Shown piece after piece: positions 13,891 through 26,699 of a DNA stretch of 55,375 nucleotides (within the stretch, counting starts at the first letter, position 1; the number at the start of each line of letters is the position of its first letter). The stretch is from Girardia tigrina (taxonomy: Eukaryota): NCBI GenBank assembly GCA_001938485.1, contig MQRK01203673.1, positions 16,107-71,481 of the forward strand. Direction: 5' to 3'. The notes below the pieces were generated by a model. The model was given only the letters and a program-made list of their open reading frames with translations. It did not search any database and had not been told where the DNA came from. A program made the position numbers and the translations under genes.

Positions 13891-16800
13891 TAATTGATGG
13901 ATCTAAGTGAAAGCAATACAACTGATCATCATATAGATGATAAGAAATGTGAATGTAATAAATGTTCTGTCAAATGTGTGAGTTCTCTTAACAATTGGAA
14001 TTATAAACATTAAAATGCATTCTGTAGCAAAATTGCAATAGTTATCTGGCCTAAATATCTGTAAAATTACATTTATTGTATGGATGTAGTATGGCATTAG
14101 TGCTTCTCAATTGGTATTAATAAACAATGTAATTAATATTTAAATTGTCGTCCTATAAACTCCAAACTAAAGTGTATATTAAAATTCCTGCATTTAATAT
14201 CTTATCAATTTTATAATGAAAAATCATTAGATTTAATTTAAATTACCTTAATTATTTTCAAAGTAAATATGTAAAATGAAATTAAACTAAAACGAAAGAA
14301 TTCCTTTACCATCGTAACAATTTAATAGATATGTTTAACATGCAATTGTATGTTCTGTTTCGAACTGTATTCTTCGGTAGTGTATTTGTCATAGAGACGG
14401 TAGGTGTCAAGGAATCGGCAAGTGAAACCGCATAGATTTTCATGAAGGGATTCAAATTCAAATAGGATTTTTATTGAACATGGATTCAGAATCTGATAGA
14501 ATAGAAGGCACTAAGGGAAGTGGAGCATTTCGATCCGAAGTTCCTAGACCAGTTCCTACAAACATCCAATTATAATGGCAAGCCGCTGTGGGACAATGAC
14601 TTTCTATTCGAGGAGAATTATTCGTCAGATGAAGAAGTCCAAGATATAGAATATATGAGGTCATATGGAAATGATAACCTAATTTAGTGGTGCGGGGAGA
14701 TGCTGCAGTCAAAGAACTTATGCACAATCCATGGCATGGATCACCAATCGTGCGGTTGCATTTTAAAACATACGGGTACTTTTCCCACATAAAACAAAAC
14801 TTTTTTTAAAAAATCTTTAAATGGAAATGAATAAATTGAAGTAAAATTTCTTAATATTGATATTTCAAACCCAGTATTGCAATATTTTTGTTAAAATTAC
14901 GATCTCAATTTGTAAATTTCATAAATTATGCATACTATTTCCTGCTATGTTGCTTTTCAAATGTTTCAATTACTTTCTAAATTGAAATTCATCTAAGTTC
15001 AAAATGTTATACCAGGTCCAAAATTATTCTTTTAAAATTTACAGAATTTTTCGTTAGTCAATTTTACAAAAGTTTCATAATAAAGTAATTGACAAAGAAT
15101 TGACAAAAGTATTTGTTGAGTTTTTGACATAGGCTTTAGCTGACTTTTAAATTGGGTTTGTATCATAATCCCAAAATCTAAATTTCAAAAGATTGAAATC
15201 AAAATTGAACTTATTAGTCACAAAATTACATAATTCCATGAGGTATCAAACCCAGAATAATTGCAATTCAAAATGATAACCTAATATTTGCTAATTTTTA
15301 CTCAGTAAAAATTGAAAGTCAAAAAAGAGATTCAATTTTTTTATTTAAAACAGATTTCTCTGATATTATAATCCATAACAATTTAAAAAATAAAATATTA
15401 GTATAAAATAAAAAAGAAAATGCTACAATTGAATTTAAAATATATAGAAAATTAATAATTCAAAAATTAGATTTATCATATCAAAGTTTATTAAATTAAT
15501 ACTTGGGTAAATATACAGAGTTTTGAGCTTACGAATTGGTCAACTTTCACGGGTACTAACAATGTTTTGGAGTCTTATATCACTTCCAATACTCGTTCCA
15601 ATTCTTTTATTCATTCCTAAAGCCATATGTTGAGATTAATTCTCTTAATAGCATTATTATTATTGGAATTCTTTAATGATTTCACTGTGATGATCCATTC
15701 ATATTAAATATCTTATCTGTTACATCATGCTTTTATACAGTTTTGAGCACTATGAAGTTTACCTTATACGCAAACTAACTACAAACTTGATGCAAATAAT
15801 CAACCATTAACACTCACATAAGTGTCTAATATTTTCTGACACATTATTTTCGAAAAAAAATCATTTCACCTCACTCGTTTCGTTAATTCATTCAAACCTG
15901 GAATTGCTTCAACTGAAAGAATGGTCAATGAAGATAAATGGCGCATTTTATAACTGACATTGTCACCTTTGTCATATTGTGCGGCTTATATATTTGCTTA
16001 AGTTTTAATATACTGGATTAAATAAAAAAATATTGGTAAATACTTGAATTTTACTTTTATATGCATTCACTGTTCATTCTTAATCCGTCATAATCGTTTT
16101 TGAATTTAATTGTAATCCATTTTCTGCAAAAAATGATTGAACATTTTAAAAAGTACTTCAATCTTAGCAGTCATTAATGTGTTGAATAAGTTCTTAAATC
16201 CAACAAAAGCCTTATTGTAAATAATTGATATGATTCGAAATTTCAAAATTACCCTTTATATTCCTAAATGAAGTATAAACCAAGCATTGTTTACTGCGAA
16301 ATGCATGATGTCATCCATTTTAACATCTCTAATAAAAATAGTTAGTCATCTTATGTCTATAAATTTTAGAAATATTTTTATCAGTGTTAGAGCAGACAGT
16401 CATTTAAATCTGATATCTTACGTGTGATTTACGTGTGATGCTTTAATTTTGATCACTCAGGATTGTTCAGATATATGACTCCTTCCCCATTTGAATATTC
16501 ATGTGCTAATGGCAGTTTACAATCAATTAAATACAAATACCACATATTACAAAATAAGGAGTTTAACCGGTGTTCAATCGATTAAGTTAATGTGGTTTGG
16601 GCACAACGTTTTAGACAATTATTCAATTTTTATCAATGCTATTTGGAAAAAATATTTTTCTGCAATTCTCGCCATGTAGCCAATATTTTTCAAGATAATT
16701 TGTAATCGTTTAAATATTTTATTATTTTTTCAAGAAAATGTTCTAGAATGTTGATTTCGGAGGTCTAAACTTTAAAAATAGGAAATGTATAAATTTATAA

Positions 16801-19738
16801 AGAATATAAAATTAACGATGTGAACTACCACTATAAAATAATAGAAATGCAATGAGTTGATCAAACTCAATTTTTCGACTGGAATCTAGTATGATGTAAA
16901 TTATAGTGATTAGAGCGATTAAAATTCACGAAAAAACATACAAAAATGAAAATTGGAAATAAAAATGTTTGTTTGAATATGTTTAAATAATAAAATGTAT
17001 TCATGGAAAAATATTTTTTTTAAGTTAATGAAGACTAGATTGATTTCACATCAATAGTACGGCATTTTATAATTCGATTTGACTTCTTTGTGTAATCAAC
17101 TAGGACGTAGTAATACACATCGTATGGAATATTAAGAGAATTAATATTAACTATAAGTTTTTCATTTTTATATATCTTGTTCCCAAAGGCTTTAATCTCT
17201 TATAGATCACAATCTTATTGTATGACAAGTAAATCTTCACTTAATTCTATTATTTTGATTTTAATTTAAAAATTAGAGCTTAAAAGATTTATTTTAAGCT
17301 GCTATTTGTTATTTTCTTATTTTTTTATGAATTACTATTTTCAATAATATTTTAAAATTTGGTTACATTTTTTAAAAATTAAATTAATATATTAAAATAT
17401 CTCTTATTCCAGGAAGTTCTATTTTTGCACGTGTTTAGAAAATAAAATTGAATTTGAGAAAGTATGTTATAGAAAAGTATGGTTTGATGGAACTGTAACT
17501 TCATAAAATTTCTTGTACATGGCGATAGAACTGTTATCATAAGATTTTTCTGACATGATAAGTTTTTTCGAGAAGTACCATCAATGTATTCTTTTCTATA
17601 AAATGCTTTCATCTATTTTGTGCTGGAACCGCCGAGAACCATTTAAATGAAGATATTTGCTTCTGTGATTCAAAGACTCCACTGTCAATTTTTACCATGA
17701 TGAAACATAAAATTTAACAATATAATATTTTTTTAATTACTAATAAAGCCTAAATACTGAACTTTGATGCCATGTTGTCAGCCCTCACGAGGCTATCAGT
17801 AAAAAATTTATGCCGAATATTTCTATTGGGCCAATAATCAACTTAAATAAACAGTGTCTGTACGATTTTCGTGCGGCACTTAGGGACGTTCCCTTGTTAA
17901 TTAAAAGCTTAACTAGCCATTAATAAAATAGTCTCCCTAAATCTAAAAATAATTTCTTTTGCTGGCAATTTTTTAATTAAAACGTACATAGATTGTTTAA
18001 ATTCGGAATACAAAATATCGATATTATTTGAATTGTTGATTCTCCGAATTTAAAAAATTTAGAACCCTTATCATTTTTGTCTATTTCATAACTTTTTAGT
18101 AGTAATGAATTGAACGAAATATAGTCTATTACTCTAATTCATATGTATTCGGACACGCAAAATATTTTTTATTAAAAATTATAAAAAATAAGTACTTATT
18201 TGTATTATAGATAAACTATTTGTATAGCATATATCACATACAATTACTTCCTATCTTTATTAAAATCTTATTGTAGCGTAATATAATACTCCCATTTTAA
18301 CCTCTAAACTAAAAAAATGGCAAACTGGAGGTTTTATCACACTACTTTTTTAATGTGTTGTTAAAAAAATGTCCTAAACTGACAGAATCTTAAAATGATT
18401 AAGTAACTTTAGCAATTTGATTAAAAATAACTTAAAAAATAATCAAAACGTTTGTATAACACTTTTTAATAATGATTTTACACTGAAACTTAGTAAATAG
18501 TACCACACAGACTTACAAAACGTTTGTCGCCGAATGTTAAAACGGTTGTGAATTGAAATCGTGAGTGTTGAAAGTATTTCGTACGAAATATAAATATCTA
18601 TTTCGGTGATAAATGAATTCAGTCGGAAATCAGTAAGTTTCTCTCACTGGAATAATGGTATGATTTAGTTTCTTTCTTTTGAAGTCAGAATCAGACGAGA
18701 CCAAAAAACTTAAATCAGAAAGTTAATTCTGTCTAAATCGATACATTATTTTATCGATTTAGATTTTAAATTTAAAGTTATTATCATAGTAATTATTATT
18801 ACCAAATCATGACAATAACAAAAAAATGATTCATCTTCTTTTCATTCTCTTTCTCTTTTATTCATTTTGTCTTAATAAAATTCTACCTTCTTCGGACCAA
18901 AACTTTTACATAAATGAAATATAAATTTATACATTTGATAAATAAATAAAAATAAATAAATAAACATAATTAAATAAATAATCTTGGAGTGGGAAGTACA
19001 TACAAAGAATAAAATATGACACATCACAGTATATACAGCTGAGTCAAAGAGTTTACAAATCACATTGATGATAAGTGATCAAATGGTACACATGAAGGAA
19101 TTGGTGTAAAAAATTGATAAGTGAAAAAGGATTAAGGAGATCGCATAACTAAAAATAACAAGTGGTTGTCAATAGACAATTACACGTAACTAAAATTTTA
19201 AAGAATAATGTTTAATTAAAATAGCAAATTTTCTAATTTGTTAAATTAGGGATATCAAATGTTGTATTAACATTGCATTGTGATCACATTTATGTAATTT
19301 ACCATGAGGTATTTACTTTTGTTTAAAAGAAGTTTTTCAAGTTAAAACACTTAAAATATTTTTTTAAATAAATAAATTGTTTTATAAATATTTTTTTATT
19401 AAAAACTTATAAATAATACTCTCAATGTACCTCTCAACAATTGATAAGAAACAATGATATCTTTGACATTCTATTCTTTCAATGAGTTTTCTGTTCATAA
19501 TTTCCCACAATCTTAATTAATCTTAATATTAGCATTAATAAAATATCACTGAATGCTTTCTATGCTTAAGTTTAGTATCTGTGTAAGCAGTTATTCAGGT
19601 AGGCGATAAAAGTAGATATTGTTGATAATTTTATTTATTATAAAAATTGACTTTTTCTTAATGTTCATAAATTAAGATTGAATCATTTTCTTTCATCAAA
19701 ATCATAACAATTATTTTTAATATTTAATTTGTATTTAG

Positions 19739-21453
19739 CTCTTAAGTGATCCGATTAAAGTTCGATGTCTCCCGTGGAAAATTTTGGTGATGTTTAGAGT
19801 ACCTAATAATCCAACAAATTTGGATAAAAGTCAACGTTCCATGGGTATCTTTTTGCAATGTAATGCCGATTGCGATTCAACGTCATGGAACTGTAATGCT
19901 AAGGCTAAAATAACATTAGTATCTCAACAAAAGTCAGTAGCTTGTGGAGAAATAACACAGAGTGAAGAATCTCCTAAATTAGTCGCTGAAAATGATGAAA
20001 ATGCAAATTCAAACGACGTTGTAAGAACAATTGAGCATAACTTCTATTCTAAAGAAAATGACTGGGGATTCTCCAATTTCATTACTTTAGCAGATTTATT
20101 TAATCCGTGCAAAGGATATGTCTTTGAAGATTCAATCATTGTTAAGATCCGAATAAATGCCGATGCACCGCATGGGATAGATTGGGATTCCAAAAGACAT
20201 ACAGGTTTTGTTGGATTAAAAAATCAAGGAGCTACATGCTATTTAAATTCTCTGCTACAGACTTTATTTTTCACAAATAAATTACGAAAAGCAGTTTATT
20301 TAATGCCAACTTATAGCGATGAACCAAGTGTCAGTGTCCCATTAGCATTACAAAGGGTTTTTTATGAGCTCCAATTCAGTGATAAATCAGTCGGTACTAA
20401 AAAACTAACTCGAAGTTTTGGTTGGGAAACCTTGGATTCATTTATGCAACACGATGCACAGGAACTCTGTCGAGTTCTTATGGATAATGTAGAAAGTAAA
20501 ATGAAAGGAACGACCGTAGAAAACACCATTCCAGTACTATTTTGTGGAAAAATGATGTCATATATTAAATGTAAGCACGTTCCTATGGAATCGACCAGAG
20601 AAGAAAATTTTTATGATATACAGTTAAAAGTAAAAGGAAACAGAAATGTTTATGATGCATTTCAAGATTATATATCGGTAGAGACACTAGAAAATGATAA
20701 TAAATACGATGCTGGAGAATATGGTTTACAAGAAGCAGAGAAAGGAGTCATTTTTCTCAAATTTCCACCGGTTTTATATTTACAATTAATGAGATTTCAG
20801 TTTGATTTCGCAACTGAAACAAATGTGAAAATTAATGATCGATTTGAATTTTATCCAAAGATAGACTTGTCCAAATATTTAAAAGAAAACAAACCGGATA
20901 TACCTTCAAAATATTTTCTACATGCCGTACTTGTTCATTCCGGTGATAATCATGGAGGCCATTATGTTGTATATATAAATCCAAGGGGTGATAATAAGTG
21001 GTATAAATTCGATGATGATGTTGTTTCAAGATGTTCTATAAAAGAAGCCATTCAAATGAATTTTGGTGGATATGAGGAGGATTTGGGTGTCAGACAATGT
21101 ACCAATGCTTATATGCTTGTATATATGGATGAAAATGCTAAAGATGATATTCTTTGTCCTGTAATGGAAGTTGATATTCCTCCACCACTTCTGGAAAGGT
21201 TCGCAAAAGAACATATATTAGAGGCTCAGAAACGGCGTGAAAAAGCAGAATCGCATTTATTTACTTGCGTTCATCTGTTATTAGAAGAAGACTTTTATGG
21301 ATGGCAAGGATTTGATCTATGTAATCCCAATGATGCTCCGGTGCGCCGTATTCGTGTATCGAAATCTTCTACTTTGGAAGAATTAACATCTCTAATTTGT
21401 GAAACACTAAAGCAACCCCCAAATAATATCAGACTTTGGCAAATGAAGGCTAG
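19739..21453 (+). CDS. USP7: Ubiquitin-specific protease 7, large coding exon (most of the MATH/TRAF domain, USP catalytic domain, start of UBL1)
   Basis: Acceptor tttag at 19734-19738 is followed in frame by [20 protein letters not shown]. The exon contains MATH DWGF, Cys box [16 protein letters not shown], switching loop [15 protein letters not shown], His box [10 protein letters not shown] and KFDD. Donor is AG|gtaatt at 21454 (phase 2). Confidence 0.96.
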
Positions 21454-23870
21454 GTAATTTTTTGTTTTCATTTTTATATAGTTTTACACCAATCGTCTGT
21501 AGATGTTTATTTATGTACTTATATAACTTAAATCATATTATATGTGTTTCGAAAACTTGTAATCATGAAGTATAAATTTCCCTGAGAAAGAAAATTTCCT
21601 ATTACACAAAAATGAAATGTGCAGTTTTCTGTGATATAACTTTGAATTATTTCAAAAACTTATGAGTCCCAATGAAGATTTATTTTTCTTAACTATTTAC
21701 TGTTAAATAAAAAGTAAGCGTAAATCCATGATATTGTTACGAATGATTAACACTGAATTTTAATAATTCATTATTTGTGTAATTAATTAATAAAATTTAC
21801 GATTTTGTAGAAGGAAATACAATAAACTTTGTAATTAACACATGAAATGTTATAAATTTCTCTATTAATTTGTTAATAGTAATTTGTTATTAATTCTCTA
21901 GTAATTAAATTTATAATTTTTTGTAAATTTTGATTGACGAGTTTATTTTATATAAAATCAACAGTTATTGTATGTATTGGAAACGTCTCACCCTTTCAAA
22001 TCTTTATGTTCTCTCATGGTCTTTGAAAAGCTGATACATAAGAAAACTGATTATACACCGAAATCTCAATGTTAGTGGTCTATTAGTTCCATAGCAATGG
22101 TATATATAGGTGATTATTAGTAAATATTAAATTTATGTGGTTTAGTCTATAACATTCGAAAATCGTTTTCAGAGTACCCTGTGTCATAATCGTGTCACTT
22201 ATAGTGATTCTAATTTTAGAGCAGTTTCTTCGACTGATAAACACATTCAAAAAATAGATTTCATTATATTTATTGAGCAGTATTTGTAACGTCAATATTA
22301 GAATTCATTTTACTCAATTTATATCTTTATTATAAAACAACTTTCAAACACATTTTCCAACTATTTTCCTAATTAATAATTAATCCGCTGATCTCAAATA
22401 ATTTTCAAATAATTTTTCATCCATTTAAAATTTAAATCAAATCAAAAATAGCATTCAACTTTTTTAAATTTTTAAATAAAAATATTTATAAAAATGATTT
22501 TACATATATTTAAAATTTTTTTAAAGAAATATTTAATTTTTTTTTAAAAAAACCATTTTTAATATTTTATTTTAGAAATCTTGAAAATACGTTATATTTG
22601 AAAATTGAATTTTATTACTTTTTAAATATTTAATTTTTTAATCATATCATTAAATTAATTTAAAAATTGAAAATACATTTTTACAAATATTAATACAATT
22701 TTTTAATCGGATTTAAATTATTTTAAAAATACTGTTATTTGTTATCTGTTTTGATCAACTCATTTTTCTATTAAAATAATATTTTAATTCAAAATAAATT
22801 TATAAATATTGCTTTTAAATTCAAATCTAAAATACTTAATTAATTCTAATTAATTCTTAAAATTTTCAATTTGATTTAATTCAAAATAATCTTTTTTAAA
22901 AATATTTAAATTTTGATCAGCGAACCAAAATTAATTACCTCATCATAGTACTCGTTAAATTATTATGAACACTTACAAATTTAAGAATTAACACAGTCAT
23001 CAAAATTCGTGATTTCTCGATTATGCAGTATAGTTAATATTCTAATGTTATTCAATCTTTCCTTTATTTAAGCTAACAATTAATAAAATATCTCAAGTCA
23101 ATATTTTTCAAATCATTTTTAGTTATGATTTTCTCATTTAAAGGGATGTCATTTACAATTTACAATTGTGTTTCCGAAGAATAATGTTCATTATATATTT
23201 TGACATGTTGATTTTATCTGTAGAACGCCATCTCATTAAAAAGAGTATTTGTTTGTTTAGTAACTTTTTGATTTATCATTAAGAATAATCAGATTCATTT
23301 CTATTCTAAATAATATTTGAAAAAGATAGACTTTTTTGTAACTTTTCCAAATAAATTAGAAATCAAAATATAATTATATTAGGGAAAATTTTGAAAGCAT
23401 CTGGTATTCATTTTTATCATGTTTCAGTCACAAAAATTGTAGTAATTAAATAGAAATACATTGAAAATACAAGTTAACGTTTGAATAATCATTCCTAGTA
23501 AATAAGTTTAAAGTTAATACGGTTATGATAATTATGGAGAAAGCCTCAGATGAGTCTATTGATTCAGAAATCTGATTGAAGCGGAATTATTTCACAGATT
23601 CATATTTGGCAATATGTTTTGAGGCTTGAACAATTTGCTGCGTTAATTGCTGCATTGGTCTGTAGATAGATAATTATATTTATGTCTAATAACAGTATGA
23701 AATATTAATGAGGGACATGATCACTTTGTTTTCACTGATAGTGAAAATGATGAAATATTTGAACACATTCCTAATTCTATTTTAAGATGATTTTCGTCTA
23801 GAAATACAAGTAAATGATGTAAATCTTACCGTATATTTTTAATAAACAATCAATTCACCTTTATTATTTA

Positions 23871-25130
23871 CAGGGTGACCCAGAAGTTATCCCGACAAAT
23901 GCGCTAAAATAAACTTAATAAATGTTTCTGAAAATATGTTGATTTTTCCATTCCTTTTATTATATGTTTCTTTGTAGTTATTTACAATAATGTTTTTTTT
24001 ATATTTATAGATTTATACACTTTTAAAATCTATATTTCAAAAATATTTTTAGTATTAACGAATTAATAATAAAAGTACATAATTTTTTAATAAATCTATT
24101 TTTAGAAAGTAAAAGTAATAATAAACTTTAAGTGTCATATTTTTCTGTTTTACCTACATTTAATTTTTCTCATTTGAGAAATGAAAGAATTCAAAGTTTC
24201 AATTGCAAGATTATTCAATGATAAAAACAACTTGAAATTTCTAAACTTTTACAATTATCATATGAAACAGTATCGAAAGTGAATGCTCAGTTTTTTAAAA
24301 ACGGAAGATCGCAAAGGAAGAGGTCAAAAAACTTGTCAAAACTCAAATAAAGCTACAAAAAATCTTAAACAACTTGAAAAGAAATCCTAAATTTTCAACA
24401 AGCAAATTGCTTAAGACAATCGGCATTTCACGTAGTTCCATACAAAGAATAATAAAACTTGATCCTGGTTAAAATTCTTTGAAAATTCGACAAGATCAGT
24501 TGATAACTAATAAAAAAGCTACTCGACTTAAAAGGCATAAAATATTGAAGATGTGTTTTATTAGTAGATTGCACAGATCAATTTTATTATCTTAAGAAAA
24601 ATTTATTTTTGAAGTATGAATGTAATTTCATAACATTTGAAACGATTTCATTTGGAGCGCATTAGCTAAAAGCCTATTGTAATTTACAATCTAAAGCAAA
24701 AATATTATAGTCAGGTATAACTTCAAAGGGAGGTGGATTAAAAATTAAAAAAAATGGCATATCGTGAATTGCTAAAATCTAAAGTACTTAAATGGGCAAA
24801 CGATTCAAATTTGAAAATGAAGATTGGACATTTATGCAAAACTCAGCATCGTTTCATAAATCCACGAGTACTAAAATGTACAAAATATCTTATTTTTATC
24901 TATTTTTTCTCTGACTATCATATAGTTCTAGACTTAAATACAATAGATTATTCTATTTGTAGTATTTTTGAGTCAAATGCATGTAATAAACCACGTTCAT
25001 CAAAAGAATAACTGAATTCCAACTGAAAAGAATGGAATATTTAAGTCGTTATATTAAAAAAGCAGTACATGACTTTCTAAAAAGGTGTAAAGTTTGTACT
25101 GATGCTGAGAGCTCACATTTTGAATAAAAT
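23871..25130 (+). mobile_element. Decayed Tc1/mariner-superfamily transposon inside the USP7 intron
   Basis: TA|cagggtgacc terminus. Remnant HTH IGISRSSIQRIIK, DLNTIDYSICSIFESNACNKP and C-terminal HFE*; many stops. Confidence 0.75.
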
Positions 25131-25874
25131 TAAAGAAACGATAACAGTGTTTAAGTTCTTATTTGATTTGTGATAAGAACAAGATTTTAAAATAAAATTT
25201 ACATCAAATAAATAGATCACGTCACCCCGAATTTACTGTAATTATTTAGAAATCGATTAGTCAAAAGATTTAGTTTTCTGCCATTTGTGATGAAGTCAAA
25301 TTTGTAATTTCCATCAATTAAAGATTTATTTGTAATATAACTTAAAATTAAAATTATTGATAGATTATATGTATAATCTATACTAAAATTTAAATCAGTT
25401 TATTTATTATGAAAATTTTAATACCATCGAATCGGAATCTGATTTATCAATCGCATATTAAATAGTGTATTTTTTATTTCTTTTTTGGCATTATCGATAC
25501 TATTAATTTCCATATATTGTTTGATAATTTAATTAATTATTTTCAACAATTTTCTAGCCTTTTGTTTCTCAATACATTACAATAAATCAGAAAATAAATA
25601 ATGTATGTACGAAAAATTTTCATTATGTTTTATTATGATGTTTTATGATAATCATTATAATGAAAATTATTACAATATATAATTATTGCTATAATATGAA
25701 TGAAGTTACTTTTAACGAAAATTTTTCAAAAAAATTTTTCATGGTTATTTTAAACTAGTGGAGACTTTATTCACTGGGGTTTCCTTAAGAAATTAAAACG
25801 CATATTGTCGAATTATTAATAATAGATCAATTTGTAATCATAATTAATAATAAAGGGGAATAAATTTTTTCTCG

Positions 25875-26080
25875 TTGAAATCTAAAACTGATTTGTGTGT
25901 GCGAAGTAATATTGTATACAAACTTTTACGCCACTGGTGTCAAAATTTATACATTGAAGAGACTGGTGAACCCGGAATCGATACTGTGATAGTTGTTGCG
26001 GTAATACTTATTGAAATACACGTGGTGAATGGTATGGATGCATTATCAACTATCCACTGAGAAGCCTCAGGCTTAATACT
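25875..26080 (+). mobile_element. Penelope-like GIY-YIG endonuclease fragment
   Basis: CVRSNIVYKLLRHWCQNLYIEETG resembles the Penelope N(V/I)VY..C..C...YIGETG motif. Confidence 0.55.
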
Positions 26081-26083
26081 TAA

Positions 26084-26308
26084 CCCTAGAGATATAACCT
26101 TCTGACTAAGTCCTGAAAATATAACCATACGCTTCGCGAGCGCATCAAATAGCCATAAATTCTAAATTATGGTACTTACCGCATATACACAAACATCCAA
26201 CGACACGATACATTGACGACTGAGTTGACTGAAAATGGCAGCTAAATTCACGCACCAATTAAAATTTACGCCCCGGGCGTCTCTGATACGTAGGTTATCT
26301 ATCTAGGG
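26084..26308. mobile_element. piggyBac-type MITE (225 bp)
   Basis: TTAA TSD at 26080-26083 and 26309-26312; TIRs ccctagagatataacct / aggttatctatctaggg. Confidence 0.85.
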
Positions 26309-26699
26309 TTAAAATAATGTTAAGGTCACATTACAGAAACATACCGTCATCCTCACACTCATATTAGTGAGCATACATTCAAGTTGAAAGAGTAGGGTCT
26401 GAGGATTTGACGTTGTTTTAGAAATAGTCATTTAAATTAAAAGATGAGTTCTCGATTCAGATTTTGAATTTTGATAGATACTCAGAAAGACAGTATTACG
26501 AGTCGTTTTTGATTAGTAGAACCCGTTGATAACCATAAAAGAAAACCACAAAAAGAGAAAAAGCAAAGCTGTCAAAATGTCAATTATTTTTATTTAGCAT
26601 CGTTTTTTTTATTTTAATTAAATAAGTAGTTTTGTATAATAATTATATAATATTTTGGATAATAAAAAAATTAATTAATTAATTCAAAATTAATTTCAG

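Larger units (their letters stand above)
21454..26699 (+). other. USP7: USP7 intron (5,246 bp, GT-AG, phase 2) containing TE remnants
   Basis: gtaatt...taatttcag. Splicing gives [15 protein letters not shown], collinear with the vertebrate USP7 UBL1 segment (IRLWPMQARSNGTKR), so no intervening exon is required. Confidence 0.9.

Noticed and set aside
15480-17700. Possible BEL/Pao integrase remnant on the - strand (PIRKL-like tail)
   Set aside because: Too decayed to support by eye; needs a translated HMM search.
19250-19308. AG/GT-bounded 59-nt candidate USP7 exon
   Set aside because: Phase is incompatible with the 18613 candidate exon and the peptide does not resemble the first MATH strand.
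20832-21214. Short antisense ORFs inside USP7 (also 26679-26879) and inside Gypsy/mariner elements
   Set aside because: Shadow frames of real coding sequence.
26395-26432. CTGAGGA...GAAATAGTC hammerhead-like motif near the Penelope fragment
   Set aside because: Stem II cannot pair and stems I/III are unconvincing. Other CTGATGA sites (~8638, ~29663) lack a suitably placed GAAA.
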